Source of the DNA: a virus
Taxonomy: Duplodnaviria; Caudoviricetes
Strand: one strand, 5' to 3'
Virus record (IMG/VR): IMGVR_UViG_3300021962_000489
Span: 1 to 28,720 of that record
Length of the DNA stretch: 28,720 nucleotides
A program made the position numbers and the translations under genes. Below the pieces are notes generated by a model. The model saw only the letters and a list, made by a program, of their open reading frames with translations, was not told the DNA's origin and made no database searches. The first letter of the stretch is position 1, and the number at the start of each line of letters is the position of its first letter. Below, piece after piece: positions 27,486 through 28,720 of this stretch.

Positions 27486-28228
27486 TAAAATTAAAACATC
27501 TACTTCCGGAATGTCATGAATGTGGACGTGATTGGAATCACGGACATGACCACGAAGCCGGTATGGCTAAGAACGAATTAAGAGATATGATCTCTAATGC
27601 TTCTAAGATCGATCAAATGGTCGGTGAAAGCGATAATTTACCAGGATGGGTATCAGCTTATATTAGTCTTGCAGCCGATTATATGCATTCAGTAGCTGAA
27701 TACTTGGGCGGCGAATCTAGTAGAGACGAAGAACCAGGTCCTGGATATGGAATTGAGGAAGCTAAGAAAGGTATGGGTTTCAGAGACCCTGAATTTAAAA
27801 AAGTAGCCATACCAGTAATGAATGATATGCTGGAAGATTGCTTAGATAATTACGATGGAGATTTTGATACGTGGGCAGAATACGGAATGTCACACCCTCC
27901 TATGAATGTTCAAGATGGTCTTGCTAAGTTAGAGCAAATGAGCAATCACGAGGAAGTTGAAAAATTCAAACAAGCGGCTTACAGCCAAATTAAAAAACAC
28001 TTAGAAAAAGGCTTAAACGAAAAGAAAAAGCCATCCGCTGGTCTTACAAAAGCACAAAAATCTGATGTAGCTAAAAAAGCACATGCAGGTAAAGATATCG
28101 GTAAAAAAGGACCTGGTTTTGAGAAAATAGCTAAGGCTGCAGAAGAGAAGTATGGTTCAAAAGAAGCTGGACAGAAAGTTGCAGCAGCAGCTATGTGGAA
28201 GGGAGTTAAAGCTAGAAAGAAAGGCTAA
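27482..28228 (+). CDS. Three-module protein with MIKLKHLLPE leader and Lys/Ala-rich C-terminus
   Basis: DHEAGMAKNEL..LPGWVSAYISLAADYMHSV module, an acidic middle module, and KKKPSAGLTKAQK.. after LNE. Confidence 0.65.
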   Translation: MIKLKHLLPECHECGRDWNHGHDHEAGMAKNELRDMISNASKIDQMVGESDNLPGWVSAYISLAADYMHSVAEYLGGESSRDEEPGPGYGIEEAKKGMGFRDPEFKKVAIPVMNDMLEDCLDNYDGDFDTWAEYGMSHPPMNVQDGLAKLEQMSNHEEVEKFKQAAYSQIKKHLEKGLNEKKKPSAGLTKAQKSDVAKKAHAGKDIGKKGPGFEKIAKAAEEKYGSKEAGQKVAAAAMWKGVKARKKG

Positions 28229-28246
28229 CCGAAATAAATCAAAAGT

Positions 28247-28720
28247 ATGGATTTACAAAAACTTAAAGGACACGTACCTGATTCTGTAATTGCACAAATT
28301 CCAGAGGTAATGGAGAAATTTCAAATTAACACTCCCTTACGTCTTGCACATTTTCTTGCACAATGCGGACATGAATCAGGCGGTTTTAGAGTTGTAAATG
28401 AAAATCTAAACTACAGTGCTAAAGGATTACAGGGTATATTTAAAAAGTATTTTCCTACCGCTACCTTAGCTGAACAGTATCAACGCAAGCCTGAAAAAAT
28501 TGCTAATCGCGTTTATGCTTCAAGAATGGGTAATGGAGACGAGGCTTCTGGTGAAGGATTTAAGTTTCGCGGTCGTGGTTTTATCCAATTAACAGGAAAA
28601 ACTAACTACACAGCCTTTGGTAAGGCTGCAGGTGTAGACACCGTTGCAAACCCCGATTTAGTAGCAAGTAAATACCCTTTACTTTCTGCTGCATGGTATT
28701 GGAACAGTCGAAAATTAAGT
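28247..28720 (+). CDS. Glycoside hydrolase family 19 lysozyme, probable endolysin (3' end beyond window)
   Basis: Translated from ATG 28247: ..LRLAHFLAQCGHESGGF..ENLNYS..IANRVYASRMGNGDEASGEGFKFRGRGFIQLTGKTNY..SAAWYWNSR. Open to the window end; absent from the ORF track. Confidence 0.92.
   Translation, partial: MDLQKLKGHVPDSVIAQIPEVMEKFQINTPLRLAHFLAQCGHESGGFRVVNENLNYSAKGLQGIFKKYFPTATLAEQYQRKPEKIANRVYASRMGNGDEASGEGFKFRGRGFIQLTGKTNYTAFGKAAGVDTVANPDLVASKYPLLSAAWYWNSRKLS

Noticed and set aside
1-28720. Stop-codon reassignment, as seen in some large phages
   Set aside because: Genes tile the window under the standard code. TAG (2093, 6251, 14923, 22932) and TGA (3843, 22297, 26749, 27485) end genes right where the next gene or promoter motif begins.
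1-28720. tRNA, rRNA, structured ncRNA or intrinsic terminators
   Set aside because: Intergenic gaps are all under about 60 nt, and I found no cloverleaf or GC hairpin plus U-tract by eye.

Overview
A 28.7 kb, AT-rich, densely coding segment of a large contractile-tailed (myovirus-like) dsDNA phage genome. All credible genes are on the + strand and use the standard genetic code. The host is plausibly Bacteroidota, inferred only from promoter shape and the scarcity of Shine-Dalgarno sites. Left to right: HD phosphohydrolase, membrane protein, phage sigma factor; baseplate/tail module (split spike, gp25-like, gp6/J-like, 1600-aa wedge, tail-collar-like paralogs); a cassette of a mucin-like Thr-rich virion protein, two glycosyltransferase-like genes and an FkbM-like methyltransferase that splits a tail gene; GIY-YIG nuclease, primase, YqaJ exonuclease; a cluster of small putative head-packaged proteins; and a GH19 endolysin cut off by the window edge. 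Best candidates for new biology: (1) phage-encoded O-glycosylation of the virion, with a GT95/GT96-like enzyme next to a mucin-like substrate and an enriched [ST]-[GAS]-S tripeptide in structural proteins; (2) a capsid-cargo system with a shared 10-aa leader MIKLxxxLxE and modules joined at [IL]-x-E sites; (3) a TATTTAT[AT] late-promoter motif paired with the phage sigma factor. All family calls come from motif recognition by eye; no searches were run.
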